Of a DNA stretch of 64,000 nt, positions 29,617 through 41,327 are shown piece after piece. The DNA comes from Octopus sinensis (Eukaryota): positions 12,958,001 to 13,022,000 of the forward strand of contig NC_043003.1 of the NCBI RefSeq assembly GCF_006345805.1, given 5' to 3'. Each line of letters starts with the position of its first letter. The first letter of the stretch is position 1. The notes beneath the pieces were generated by a model that was given only the letters and a program-made list of their open reading frames with translations, had not been told where the DNA came from and did not search any database. A program made the translations under genes and the position numbers.

Positions 29617-29825
29617 CAGTAATCCCTCGCCATATCGCGGTTCACCTCTCGCGCACTCAGTACATTGCGGATTTTTTTGGCTAATATATGTAGATATATT
29701 AGCCAGTATATTTCCTCAGTATATCTGGGTTTCTGCGGCCGATAGGTATTTATATTTTTTTAGATTTTGAATATTGCTGTGGGAGGTTTTGGAACGTAAC
29801 ACCCGCGATAACCGAGGTATTATTG
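29617..29825. mobile_element. pogo/Tigger-like MITE
   Basis: TA|CAGTAATCCCTCGCCATATCGCGG...CCGCGATAACCGAGGTATTATTG|TA. Confidence 0.65.
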
Positions 29826-31704
29826 TATATCCAAAATAAGGATTTTCATTTTTTTAAATATTTTCTTAATATTTTTTAATATTTATAAAGATAATACATT
29901 AGAGTTGTTTCCCCTTACCATGTCAAGAGTTATTTCCCTTGTGCAAACTGTTTTTTTTTTTTTTGATGTCTTCAAAAATTTTACCCTATTATCAATACTG
30001 ATTAATTGCTATATTAATAATTCATTAATGTATCAATAAATTAAGTACCAGTTGCATACTGGGGTCGATCTAATCGACAGCCCCCACCTCCCCCAAAATT
30101 TCGAGCCTTGTGCCTAGAGTAGAAAAGAATATTGTAATTACCAATATTTTATTTACTGCCCAGATTTATCTGCAAACTTGACAGTCTGAAGTCTAGGGCC
30201 ACAAAGTCTAGGAGATCTCTGACCAACTTGTGGCTGTATGGTTAAGAAGGTTGCTTTCAATTGATGGCGTTGAGTTCAGTTCCACTGTGTGGGAGCTTGA
30301 CAAAGTATCCTTTACAAGTTCTAGGCCACCCAAAGCTATGTTAGTGGATATGGTAAGTGGAAACTGAAATATTGGCATTAGGAAGGGTCTCTAGCCATAG
30401 AAACCATGCCAAATCAGACCGGGGTCCGGTGCAGCCTCTCAGTTTACCAGCCCTGGCAAAACCGTCCAACCCATGCTAGTATGGACAACAGATGTTAAAT
30501 GATGATGAGGATGACGATTAGTGTGTGAGTATGTGTGTGTGTGTGTGTGTTATTGTCTCCTAGCCTTGACATTATGTGATAGTTGTAAATGAGTGTCACC
30601 ATCATGGAAGGGATCATCATCATCATCATCGTTTAGTGTCCGTTTTCCATGCTAGCATGGGTTGGACGGTTCAACTGGGGTCTGGGAAGCCAGAAGGCTG
30701 CACCAGACCCAGTTTGATCTGGCAGTGTTTCTACAGCTGGATGCCCTTCCTAACGCCAACCACTCCGACAGTGTGGTGGGTGCTTTTTACGTGCCACCGG
30801 ATGTTCTTTGTTTCCAGTCTCCCGTGAAAATATGTCCAATCATGGGGAAATATTACCTTGCTTGGAAACAGGTGAAGGTCAGTAATAATAGGAAGCACTG
30901 CTAGCCATAGAAAATCCAACACAGTAAGTTCCATCCAATCCATGCATACAAGAAAAAGTGGACATTAAAATAAATATCATAAGCATCATTTAATGTCCAT
31001 TTCCCATACTGCATGGGTTGGACGGTGTGACCAGAGATGGCAAGCTGGAGAGCTGCACCAGGTTTCAATCTGGTTTAGCTTGATTTCTACAGCTGGATGC
31101 CTTTCCTAATGCCAACCACTTCACAAAATGTGCTGTGTGTGTATGTGTGTGTAAGTGTGTGTGTGTGTGTGTGCACGAGCTTGAGCATCTCCTTGTCTTG
31201 ACTTCATGTGGTAGTTGGAAGTGAATTTCTATCATGCAATCATCATCATCATCGTTAAACGTCCGTTTTACATGCTAGCATGGGTTGGACGGTTCAACCG
31301 GGGTCTGGGAAACCAGGAGGCTGCACCAGGCTCCAGTCTGATCTGGCAGTGTTTCTACAGCTGGATGTCCTTCCTAATGCCAACCACTCCGTGAGTGTAG
31401 TGGGTGCTTTTTACGTGCCATCGGCACAGGTGCCAGGTGAGGCTGGCAACGGCGACGATTGGTCGGTGCTTTTTACGTGCCACCGGCATGGAAGCCAGTC
31501 CAGGCGGCGCTGGCATCAGCCACATACGGATGGTGCTTTTTACATGCCACCAGCACAGGGATCACAACTACAATTTCCATTGATTTTGATGTTGGTGTAC
31601 TTGACTCAATAGGTCTCCTCAAGCACAGGGTCGAAACGGTGTTTCTTTACTTGCCACCTGCACAGGAGTCAGTCCATGTCTGGTCATAGGAAAATATTAT
31701 CTCA

Positions 31705-31998
31705 CTTGGAAACAGATGTGGGTTGGTAACAGGAAGAGCATCCAGTTGTAGGATATTTTCTCCAACAACAAATTTCAACAAACTCATAAAAACACGGACA
31801 TTAGCCAATGACGATTTTTTTGTCTGTGGACGAAAATGGATGTGAAACATCCTTGGAAACAGGTGTGGGTTGGCAACAGGAAGAGCATCCAGCTGTAGGA
31901 TATTTTCTCCAACAACAAATTTCAACAAACTCATAAATATACGGACATTAACCAATGACGATTTTTTTGTCTGTGGAGGAAAATGGATGTGAAACATC
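31705..31998. repeat. 2 x 147-bp direct duplication
   Basis: CTTGGAAACAG...GGATGTGAAACATC starts at 31705 and 31852. Confidence 0.9.
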
Positions 31999-32045
31999 AC
32001 AATGATGTCATTTTAATCAGTTTATTAATGAATTACAGAGCTTAC

Positions 32046-32225
32046 CATTACTAATAATAGCAGGAAGTTGAAAGCAGAGACTCTTCCCGCCACCAGTTGG
32101 CATAATAAGCAAACAGTCCTCTCCAACCATTGTGACATTCATTGTTTCCATCTGTAAAGGTCGAAGCTTGTCGATATGGAAAACAGATTTCATTTTTTCT
32201 TTTAATTTCAAACTCCATTTAAAAT
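32046..32225 (-). CDS. RECQL: RECQL exon 3: motif 0/Q motif and Walker A
   Basis: [60 protein letters not shown](G); cag acceptor, GTAAG donor, 180 nt. Confidence 0.95.
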
Positions 32226-32400
32226 CTGAAAAAGGGGAAAAAAAAAGATTAAGTTATATGAAACGTTGTGTGGTTAGGAAGTTTGTGTTGCAACCACATG
32301 GTTTCCAGTTCAGTCCCACTGCATGCCAGCCTGGGCAAGTATCTGCCACCATAGCCCAAGGTTGAACAATGCTTTGTGAGTGGATTTGGTAGATGGAAAC

Positions 32401-32774
32401 GGCGATGTGTCACGTTCTCACTTTCGCTGGAAACGCCGTCGGAGTTCGCAAAGTGAAAGGCTCCAACGACTCGCAGTCGACTGGGACTCCTCGGTCCGTG
32501 TTTCAAGATGGGTCGGGTAGGTTGCCGATGCTCGTCACTGACCGGCGGCAGCGGGCGGCTTTTCAGGCGGGGTATCCCGCGACTGCAACGCGCGCGCGTC
32601 GCCCTCTTGCGAGGGATGAGTGACGCGTGGCTGCGGTGCGTTTGCGGCTGCGTCGCTCGTGCACGTGAGCACGCACGCGACTCGCTGCGTCGTTCTTGCT
32701 GAGGGCGAGGTGTGTTTGCCCGTCTCCGTCGGTTAGCCGTGCCTGCGCTTTACGTGGAGCGACGGGCCCAGTCG
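32401..32774 (-). pseudogene. 28S rRNA fragment (D2-D3 region) inserted in a SINE within a RECQL intron
   Basis: GC-rich island. 32485-32514 reads GACCCATCTTGAAACACGGACCGAGGAGTC on the minus strand, matching the conserved LSU motif GACCCGTCTTGAAACACGGACCAAGGAGTC, followed by GCGAGTC...GAAAGTGA. Confidence 0.85.
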
Positions 32775-33647
32775 AGAAGCCCATCAAGTATGTGTGTGTG
32801 TGTGTGTGTGCACGCCTGTGTGTGTATTTATGTGTATATATGTGTATGAAAGGCGGCGAGGAGGTGGAATCGTTAGCATGTCGGGCGAAATGCTGAGCAG
32901 TATTTTGTGTGTCTCCATGTTCTGAGTTCAAATTCCACCAAGGTCGACTTTGCCTTTCATCCTTTCGGGATCAATAAATTAAGTACCACTTGTGTACTGG
33001 GATAGATCTAATTGACTTAATCTGTTTGTCTGTCCTTGTTTTCCCCCTCTGTGTTTAGCCCCCTGTGAGCAATAAAGAAATATATATGTAGACAGAAATT
33101 GAAAGAAACCCATTGTGTGTGTGTGTGTGTATGTGTTTGTGTGTCTGTGTTTATCCCTCGACCATCACTTGACAACCGGTGTTGGTATCTTTACGTCCCT
33201 GTAACTTTGCGGTTCAGCAAAAGAGACCGATAAAATAAGTACTAGGCTTACAAAGAATAAATCCTGTGGTTGATTTGTTCAACTAAAGGCAGTGCTCCAG
33301 CATGGCTGCAGTCAAATGACTGAAACAAATAAAGGAATAAAAGAATAGGCACAAGGCCTGAAAATTGGGAGAGGGGGATAGTTGATCACATCGACCCCCC
33401 CCCAGTACTCAACTGGTACTTGATGTATTGACCCTGCAAGGAAGAAAGACAAAGTCGACCTCAGCGGAATTTGAACACAGAACATAGCAACGGGCAAAAT
33501 ACTGCTAAGCATTTCATTCAGTGTGCTAACGATTCTGCCAATTCACTGCCTTAAATGGTAGAATAACATTAAGAGGTGGACCAGAACATTTCACAGATAG
33601 TGAAGGTGTTAACAAACTGCTGAAACAAATAAACTAGGGTTATGAAC

Positions 33648-33821
33648 CTGTTAAGCTCCAGTCTTTGTCATCTTTCTTTGGTTTTGAACTGCTCTCTCTC
33701 AGAATTGTCTCCAACTCCTCCTTTTTCTGAAGTAAAGCACTCTGTCTCTTTAACACATCTTGCAGTAGCTGTTCCGTTTCCACAAGCTGTTGTTTCACAT
33801 CAGCCAGTTCTTTGCGGTAAG
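33648..33821 (-). CDS. RECQL: RECQL coding exon 2 (N-terminal coiled coil)
   Basis: ttttctttttcag acceptor; open frame YRKELADVKQQLVETEQLLQDVLKRQSALLQKKEELETILRESSSKPKKDDKDWSLT(G). The donor GTTCAT in phase 1 joins to give WSLTDFKWS, like the RecQ1 W..EDFPWS motif. Not in the ORF track. Confidence 0.85.
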
Positions 33822-36385
33822 CTGAAAAAGAAAAAGCATTGGTCTGTGAATGTCATCATCATCATCATCATCGTTTAACGTCCGCTTTCCATGCTAGCAT
33901 GGGTTGGACGGTTCAACTGGGGTCTGGGAAGCCCGAAGGCTGCACCAAGCCAGTCAGATCTGGCAGTGTTTCTACAGCTGGATGCCCTTCCTAACGCCAA
34001 CCACTCCGTGAGTGTAGTGGGTGCTTTTTATGTGCCACCGACACAGGTGCCAGATGAGGCTGGCGAACGGCCACGCTCGGATGGTGTTTTTTCAATAAAT
34101 ATCAATAAATATCCTCAGAAAATATTTTCATGAAAGAACATGGCCAATGCCAGTGCTTGCTGATTGGCTCCCGTGCCGGTGACATGTAAATAGCACTATC
34201 CGAATGTGATCGATGCCAGGGCTGCCTGACTGGCTCCTGTGCTAGTGGCACATAAAGAGCACCCACTACACTCTTGGAGTGGTCGGTGTTAGGAAGGGCA
34301 CCCAGCTGTAGAAACCTTGCCAGATCAGATTGGAGCCTGGTGCAGCTGCTGGCTTTCTAGACTTCAGTCAAACCATCCAATGCAAGCCAGTATGGAAAAC
34401 GGAACGGACATTAAACGATAATGATGATGATTTGAGGTGAATCACATTGCTTGCATGATAGTGACACAACTATCACAATGCCAAACAAAAGGAGACAATA
34501 ACACACACACAAACACATATACAATAGGCATCTTTCAATTTGTATCAACTAGATCATAAGGCTTCAGCTGACCTAATGACCTGGGACTATAGTTGAAGTC
34601 ACTTGCCCAAAATGCCACACAATCATCATCATCATCGTTTAACGTCTGCTTTCTATGCTGGCATGGGTTGGACGATTTCGAATGAGGACTGGTGAACCAG
34701 ATAGCTGCACCAGGCTCCAATCTTGATCTGGCAGTGTTTCTACAGCTGGATGCCCTTCCTAACGCCAAACACTCCAAGAGTGCAGTGGGTGCTTTTACAT
34801 GCCACTGGCACGAGGGCTAGTCAGGTGGTATTGGAAACGGCTACGAACCCAAAATCATGCGATCGGGAAACAAACTTCTTACCACAAAGCCATACCTGTG
34901 TCTATAGATATGGAATTAAAGAAATGACAAGGGAACAGGAATTGAAGTTGATTATTTAATTGGTGCTACTTTGTCATGCAGTCTACTGCAGTATTCTACT
35001 TTAGCGTGCAGTCTACTGCAGTATCCTACTTTAGCGCACGGTCTACTGCAGTATCGTGTCTATGCTGTCAATGCTACTTTTAGCATGTGGTTTACCTTTC
35101 CTTGCCCTCTTAATCTGAGTTAGTTTTAACCATTACAATGTTGTTGAAGGATTTCTATAGACGTATAATTTTTATAGAGGAAACAGTAGTTGCATTTTTA
35201 CAAGAAAACAATCTTCTTGATACATCACAAGAAGCAGACCTTTTTACTGGAAAATTTTGAGAAAAGATGCAGCAGATTTGTTTGTGGCATTCCTAAATGA
35301 TGTACGAAGTGTGTATCATTAATTAAGATTTAAGTGTAAGTTATTAACAAATCATTATTCAACATCATTCAATTTATTTCTTGAGTGGCTAACCGGCTTC
35401 CGTGCCAGTGGCACATAAAAGGCACCATTTGAGTGTGATTGTTACCAGCATCACCTTACTGGTACTTGTGCCCGTGCTAGAAGGGTGCCAAGAGCACCAT
35501 CCGAGCATGATCATTGCCAGAGCAGCCAACTGGCTTCCATGCCGGTGGCACGTAAAAGGGCACCATTCGAGTGTGAACGTTACCAACGTCACCTTACTGG
35601 CACCTATGCTGGTGGCATGTGTAAAAAGATTCGAGCGAAGTCATTGCCAGTACCGCCTGACTGGCCCCCGTGCCGGTGGCACGTAAAAGCAGCCACTACA
35701 CTCTCGGAGTGGTTGGCGTTAGGAAGGGCATCCAGCTGTAGAAACCTTGCCAGATCAGATTGGAGCCTAGTGCAGCCTCCTGGCTTGCCAGGTCTCATGT
35801 GAGAATGCAATCGATAAAGCCATGGGGACGTGCATTTGTATGCGCAAGTACATCAGCTGTTGTGATTGATACTATGCGTACGTGAGAAAAAAGCACGTGC
35901 AGTATGCGCAAAAAAGCCGGCTGGCTTGAAATAATGCCACAAAATGCAGTATATTTAAGAGACCAAAAAAGTAAGGTGCAAAGGAGATATTTTCTTCAAA
36001 CTTGGCATGAAGGAAGGAAAGACTATTTGGTTTCTCAAGAAGTTTTTTTTTGCCTTAACTTCATTTAACAAAACCAAAAATTTTATTGAAATAAAGGTAT
36101 GCTTAATTATTTTTTAATGTAAAGAAAACACTGATTGCTTTTTATTCGGCAGATATGATTCAGCACCGTCCATTGGACGGGGGTAGGGGTGTTTTGCTCG
36201 TGTATATATATTATATATAAATCTGAAGGCTTCAGATTTATAGTGCGACTGTATTAACGAACTGAATGAAGCGGAGTTTCAGCGCGAATACAAACCGGGT
36301 AATTGAATGAAATGAGCAAACGTAAACATATAAACGTAAAACAATAACATATCTTCTACAAACAACAATATATCGGAAGACTTAC

Positions 36386-36392
36386 TGTCCAT
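36386..36392 (-). CDS. RECQL: RECQL coding exon 1 (start: ATG GAC A|)
   Basis: Minus strand ATG GAC A is followed by a perfect GTAAGT donor. Phase 1 joins the next exon as A|CT, giving MDTYRKEL. It lies in unique, CpG-richer sequence. Only 7 nt, so it is inferred from splice fit. Confidence 0.65.
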
Positions 36393-36576
36393 TACACTGC
36401 TACTGCCAAAAACATGTATTAAAATCTTCTAAAGAGCAGAAGGAATATTTTGAAATATATAATAAATAAATATTTACGAAGCCGGTAATATTTACACCGA
36501 GCACTTTCGCCGGTGTTCAATGACAACGAGTTCTAATGGATAAATATTCCATGAAGTTTATTAAAATTTTTTACCC

Positions 36577-36608
<32 letters not shown>

Positions 36609-36665
36609 CTCTCTCTCCCGCTCTCTCTCACACACACACACACTCTCTCTCTCCCTCTCTCACAC

Positions 36666-36732
<67 letters not shown>
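36393..36732 (-). promoter_or_regulatory. Probable RECQL 5' UTR/promoter with adjacent (CT/GA)n tract
   Basis: Unique sequence with several CpGs just upstream of the ATG, bounded by a (CT)n/(CA)n tract at about 36577-36732. Confidence 0.4.
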
Positions 36733-36736
<4 letters not shown>

Positions 36737-36774
36737 CTCACTCACTTTGAACTTTCAATCACAATAAGTGAAAC

Positions 36775-37328
36775 CCGGCGGAACCCCAATCTTGCCCAGG
36801 ATATTAATCGTCTGGAAGCCGTTCAGCGACGTGCAACCAAGAGAATACCCTCCATCAGGCATTTGCCGCATTCTGAACGCCTTACTTCCCTGGGCAGGGA
36901 TACATTGAAACTCCGAAGTCTGGCAGCTGACTCGGCAGACACCCATAAAATTATTAACATCTTACTAACAATAACTCTGAGCACCTTTTCAAATTCCACC
37001 TGTCTAACACCCGTGGACATGTTTACAAAGACAGAAAACAGCACAGCTCCCATGACTTTCTGAAACATTTTTTCACGCTAAGAGTTGCTGAAGCATGGAA
37101 CAAACTGTCAGGGCATTGCATCCTTCAAATCTTCCATGCTTCCTGAGATTTGCCAACACTACACCTGATTTTCTTCCTTCCATACACACGCAAGCATGTA
37201 TCTGACTCATACAATGTTCACTTTCCAGACATTTGTACATTACTGCATATGCTTTTATACACACTTTTGACAAGTTGCAGTGCACCTGAGCACTGTATAC
37301 AATAATTTTATTATTATCATTATTATAT
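36775..37328 (+). mobile_element. 5'-truncated CR1-group LINE 3' end
   Basis: NPNLAQDINRLEAVQRRATKRIPSIRHLPHSERL...TRGH...FFTLRV..AWNKL, typical of a CR1 ORF2 C-terminus, with an (ATT)n tail. Confidence 0.85.
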
Positions 37329-38455
37329 TTTATACACTCACCACCCGTTTTCGGCGTAACAAAAACCTTAACCCTGTAGCGGTCTCTGATATCCTCACTG
37401 TTTGAGAGACACGGCAGGAATGATCTCGTTTGAGATTACAGCCATCTTTGGCCAAGTTGTTCCTGTTGTAACCACTAACCTGATTGGTTGACATGTGGCC
37501 CGAGACACAACATCTTGATATTGAACTCTTACACATCGTGTACCTTATGAACTGTAAACCAATTTCCATCATTAACTCTGTGCCCTGTACCTTCTATGCC
37601 ACACGCATTCACCCTTATTGTATCTGTCACACACACGAACACACAGACACAAACACGTGTTGCATGCACACACGAACACACAGACACAAACACGTGTTGC
37701 ATGCACACACACACACTTGCTAGCACTCACAACCTTCTAACATTAACACCATTCTAAATAAAATCTTATCCTCTCTCAAACAGTGGAACGGCTTGTCGTC
37801 AATTCATCTATATTCTGTTGGCACTGCATTCTATAAATTGTATTTATGGCTTATCTTATTTCGTTAGGAATGCGACCGTGTGACTTACCTATGTCGCCAA
37901 CCTCCACATACGGTCGTATTTCCTACAACCCTAAGCCTAAACACCGGGGTGTCCGTATTCTTTGCCTTCACCGTGAAACCCATACCCTGTTTCACCGAAA
38001 ATAAGACCTAAACAAAAAATAAGACCTAGCATGACTTCTCTGGATGATTTTAATTTAAACCCTTCCCTTAAAATAAGCCAAAGTTGAAAAACAACCTGAT
38101 GAAATTGAATGGGAAATCATTTGTCTGGTCATTTTCACCCCAAGGCCAGATGAGTGCAAGAAGAAAGAGTTATTCCGTCGTCAAAAAATAAAAGGTAACG
38201 AGCAATTTGCACAAGAATTTAACAAATTAGCGTTGGCATTGAATGTCGTTTTTTTAGACTTACTTTATACAAATGATTCATTCATTGACGATATTGACTG
38301 AGAGCGCTGGTGTGGTTTCGGTTTCAATCACATTGTGTGCCATCTTGGGCAAGTGTGTTACACTATAACCTTGTGAGTGAATTCAGTAGACGGGAAGCCC
38401 TTCAGGCAGGCACACACACGCACTCATACATGTGTATATTATACACACTCACACA

Positions 38456-38973
38456 TCTATATATATAAAACTGTAGTTGTGTGAGTGTCTGTCTCCTACG
38501 ATTTAGATTCCTAACTCCTCCCACATTTTGCGGTGCAGTTTAACCAAATTCGGGTATCTTATAGTCGTGATTAATATCGAGCCTGTCTGGCTATTAGCAC
38601 GCGTCTACGATGAGTCTACGATTTTAAAAATAATTTAACATCATTTTTTTATTCCATTTTAATGCATAATTTTTCGTGTGTCGATGGCGGCGGAGTTGGC
38701 GTCCATGCTCAAACACCTGCACCTGTGTTTGCTTCTCCCTCTTCTTCCCTCCCTCGTGAAGCTGTGGGGAAGGGAGTGTAAGGAAATCAATGTCGTAAAG
38801 CGTTGTCAAGGAGACCAGCGTTCTTTTAGAACAACGACTTCATGGCTTGAAGACACCAAAACAGAAATGGCTAAGAAAGCCCGAATTGGCATCTATAAAG
38901 GAAGTAACTCTCTAAAAATGCTTATATAGTTATTTCCCTTACAAACCCGAGCAACGCCGGGCGATACTGCTAG
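38456..38973 (+). mobile_element. Non-autonomous Helitron, copy 2
   Basis: Similar 5' end and identical 3' end (hairpin plus CTAG|T) to 14899-15397, with a different middle. Confidence 0.8.
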
Positions 38974-39038
38974 TATATATATATATGAAAAAACAATTCA
39001 AGATAGAAAATGCTAAAATAATTTTATAAAGAACATTT

Positions 39039-39075
39039 CAGTACCGGTTTCGGTCATTTGAGACCTTTTCAACTG
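39039..39075 (-). ncRNA. Minimal hammerhead motif with U3-A8 core variant
   Basis: Minus strand CAG-TTGAAAA-GGTC(TCAAAT)GACC-GAAA-CCGG-TA-CTG. Confidence 0.55.
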
Positions 39076-40907
39076 TAACGATTAAAAAATTAAAAGAAAA
39101 GTTTTTTAAAAGAATATTTGTATAGTGTTCAAATACAAGTGGCATTTTCCTTGTTTCTGCCTGTCTCTGTCTCTCTTGTTTACTCTTGTGGGTTCAAGGT
39201 CCATGTGAATTCTTGGTAGGGTATATATATATAGAGAGAGAGAGAGAGGTGGGGGTGTATATGTATGTGTGTATCTTCCCGTTTGTTCCCTACTGCTCAA
39301 CTACCAGTGTTTGTTTGTTTATGTCTTCGTAACTTAGTGGTTCCACCAAGATTCTCATTGAATAAATATCGGGCTTAAAACCGAAATAAGTATTGGGATC
39401 GACTAAACCCTTCAAGGCAGTGATTCAGCATGGCCAGAGTCTAATGACTGGAACAAATAAAAGATTTTTAAAAATGGGATAAAAAGTACTATTTGCAGTA
39501 GTTTACAAAGGCAGCCAATTCTAGGCTGATGAAATTGTCTATCATCATCAACATCATCATCATCATCATCATCATTTAACGTCTATTGTCCATGTTGACC
39601 TGGGTTAGACAGTTTGACCAGGGCTAGTTAGATGAGGAGCTGCACCAGATTCCAGTCTGATTTGGCATGGTTTCTACAGTTGGATGCCCTTCCTAATGCC
39701 AACCACTCCAAAAGAGTAATGGGTGTTTTTACGTTTCACTGGCACGGGTTACGTGACACCAGCATTGACCACTTGGCCTCCATGAGGCCCAATGCTTGAA
39801 TGGTGCATTTTATGTACCACTGCACAGGTGCCAGTTATGTGATACCAGTATCGACCACATTGCCTCCATGAGGCCCAATGCTTGAATGGTGCATTTTATG
39901 TGCCACTGCACGGGTGCCAGTTACGTGACACTGCCACCAGCCACATTGCCTCCATGAGGCCCAATGCTCATATGGTGCCCTGTACATACCAGCTAATGAA
40001 AACTGAGGAAACTATAAATGCAGGAAAATAAAAATCTAATGTCCCAAGACGAAAGGAGATGAATGACTAACTGTAAGACATCCAGGGTTTCATTCTTTCG
40101 CTCGTCAGATATTGCCAAATATCTTTGTTATGAAGATCGTTAAACGCTATTGCTTGTTCTATGTGACTGTCATATATTTTAATAACTAGATAGCTTACAG
40201 TAATATATTCTTCATCTTCTTCTTCTCCTCCTCCCCCTCCTTCTTCTTCTTCTTCACAATTCTGCCATATCACCACTTTAATCGACCTACACCCATCCCC
40301 CAGTGCTTGACAGGTACTTAATTTATCAACCCTGAAAGTATGAAAGGCAAAGTCGACCTCAGTGGAATTTGAACTCAGAATGTTAAGACGGACAAAATTC
40401 TGCGAATGATTCTGCCAACTCACCACCTTAACACAAATATTCTTTTCTACTCTAGACACAAGGCCCGAAATTTTGTGGGAGGGGGCCAGTCGATTAAATC
40501 AACCCCAGTAAGTAACTGGTACTTAATTTATTGATCTTGAAAGAATGAAAGGCAAAGTCGATCTCGGTGGAATTTGAACTCTGAACCTAAAGACAGACAG
40601 AATACTGCTAAGCATTTCACCCGGTATGCTAACCTTTTTTATTTCTTTATTGCCCACAAGGGCCTAAACATAGAGGAGACAAACAAGGACAGACTACGTT
40701 CTGCATTCAAATTCCGCTGAGGTCGACTTTGCCTTTCATCCTTTCGGGGTCGATAAATTAAGTACCAGTTACGCACTGGGGTCGATGTAATCAACTTTAT
40801 CCCTTTGTCTGTCCTTGTTTGTCCCTCTATGTTTAGCCCCTTGTGGGCAATAAAGAATTAAGAAACTGAAAGAAGCCCATTGTATATACTACCTGACGAT
40901 ATAAAAG

Positions 40908-41315
40908 TGTAGTGATGCTACTGTGTAGGGTTCACCGCGCATGCTCAGAATGGGACTACTTCCGGGTGGCCACCGGAAGTCTTCCCCATGCGCATGTGCG
41001 GGAAACGTTCCCTCAGGCCCGCCAAACTCAAATCTTTCTCTCTAGCAAGTCAGCCCACAGCGAACGGACGTACATTCAACAGGCTCTGACAACCTCACCG
41101 ACATAGCCGCCTACGACCATCAACAAACTAACAAGAAGCTGTACATCAGAGGCTGTCCTTCTCCCATCAGACACACGTACGCCATCGCAATAAATAAACG
41201 AACTGCTGTCTTTTACCTACAACCTGACTTCGTCTGTATTGTCTTATAAAATTGTATGTGACTAGATCGGATATCGACACCCTTTCAGTGAATCGATAAC
41301 AGATCCTTCGTTACA
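40908..41315 (+). mobile_element. Solo LTR (408 bp)
   Basis: TGTAGTGA...TCGTTACA termini; 4-bp TSD AAAG (40904-40907, 41316-41319); AATAAA at 41189-41194. Confidence 0.75.
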
Positions 41316-41327
41316 AAAGCTCATATA

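Noticed and set aside
38096-38125. CTGATGA...GAAA possible hammerhead
   Set aside because: No stem II or stem III pairing.
39990-40210. Unique-looking open frame (IYDSHIEQAIAFNDLHNKDIWQYL) on the minus strand
   Set aside because: No recognisable homology, weak acceptor, and the listed ORF starts in a SINE.
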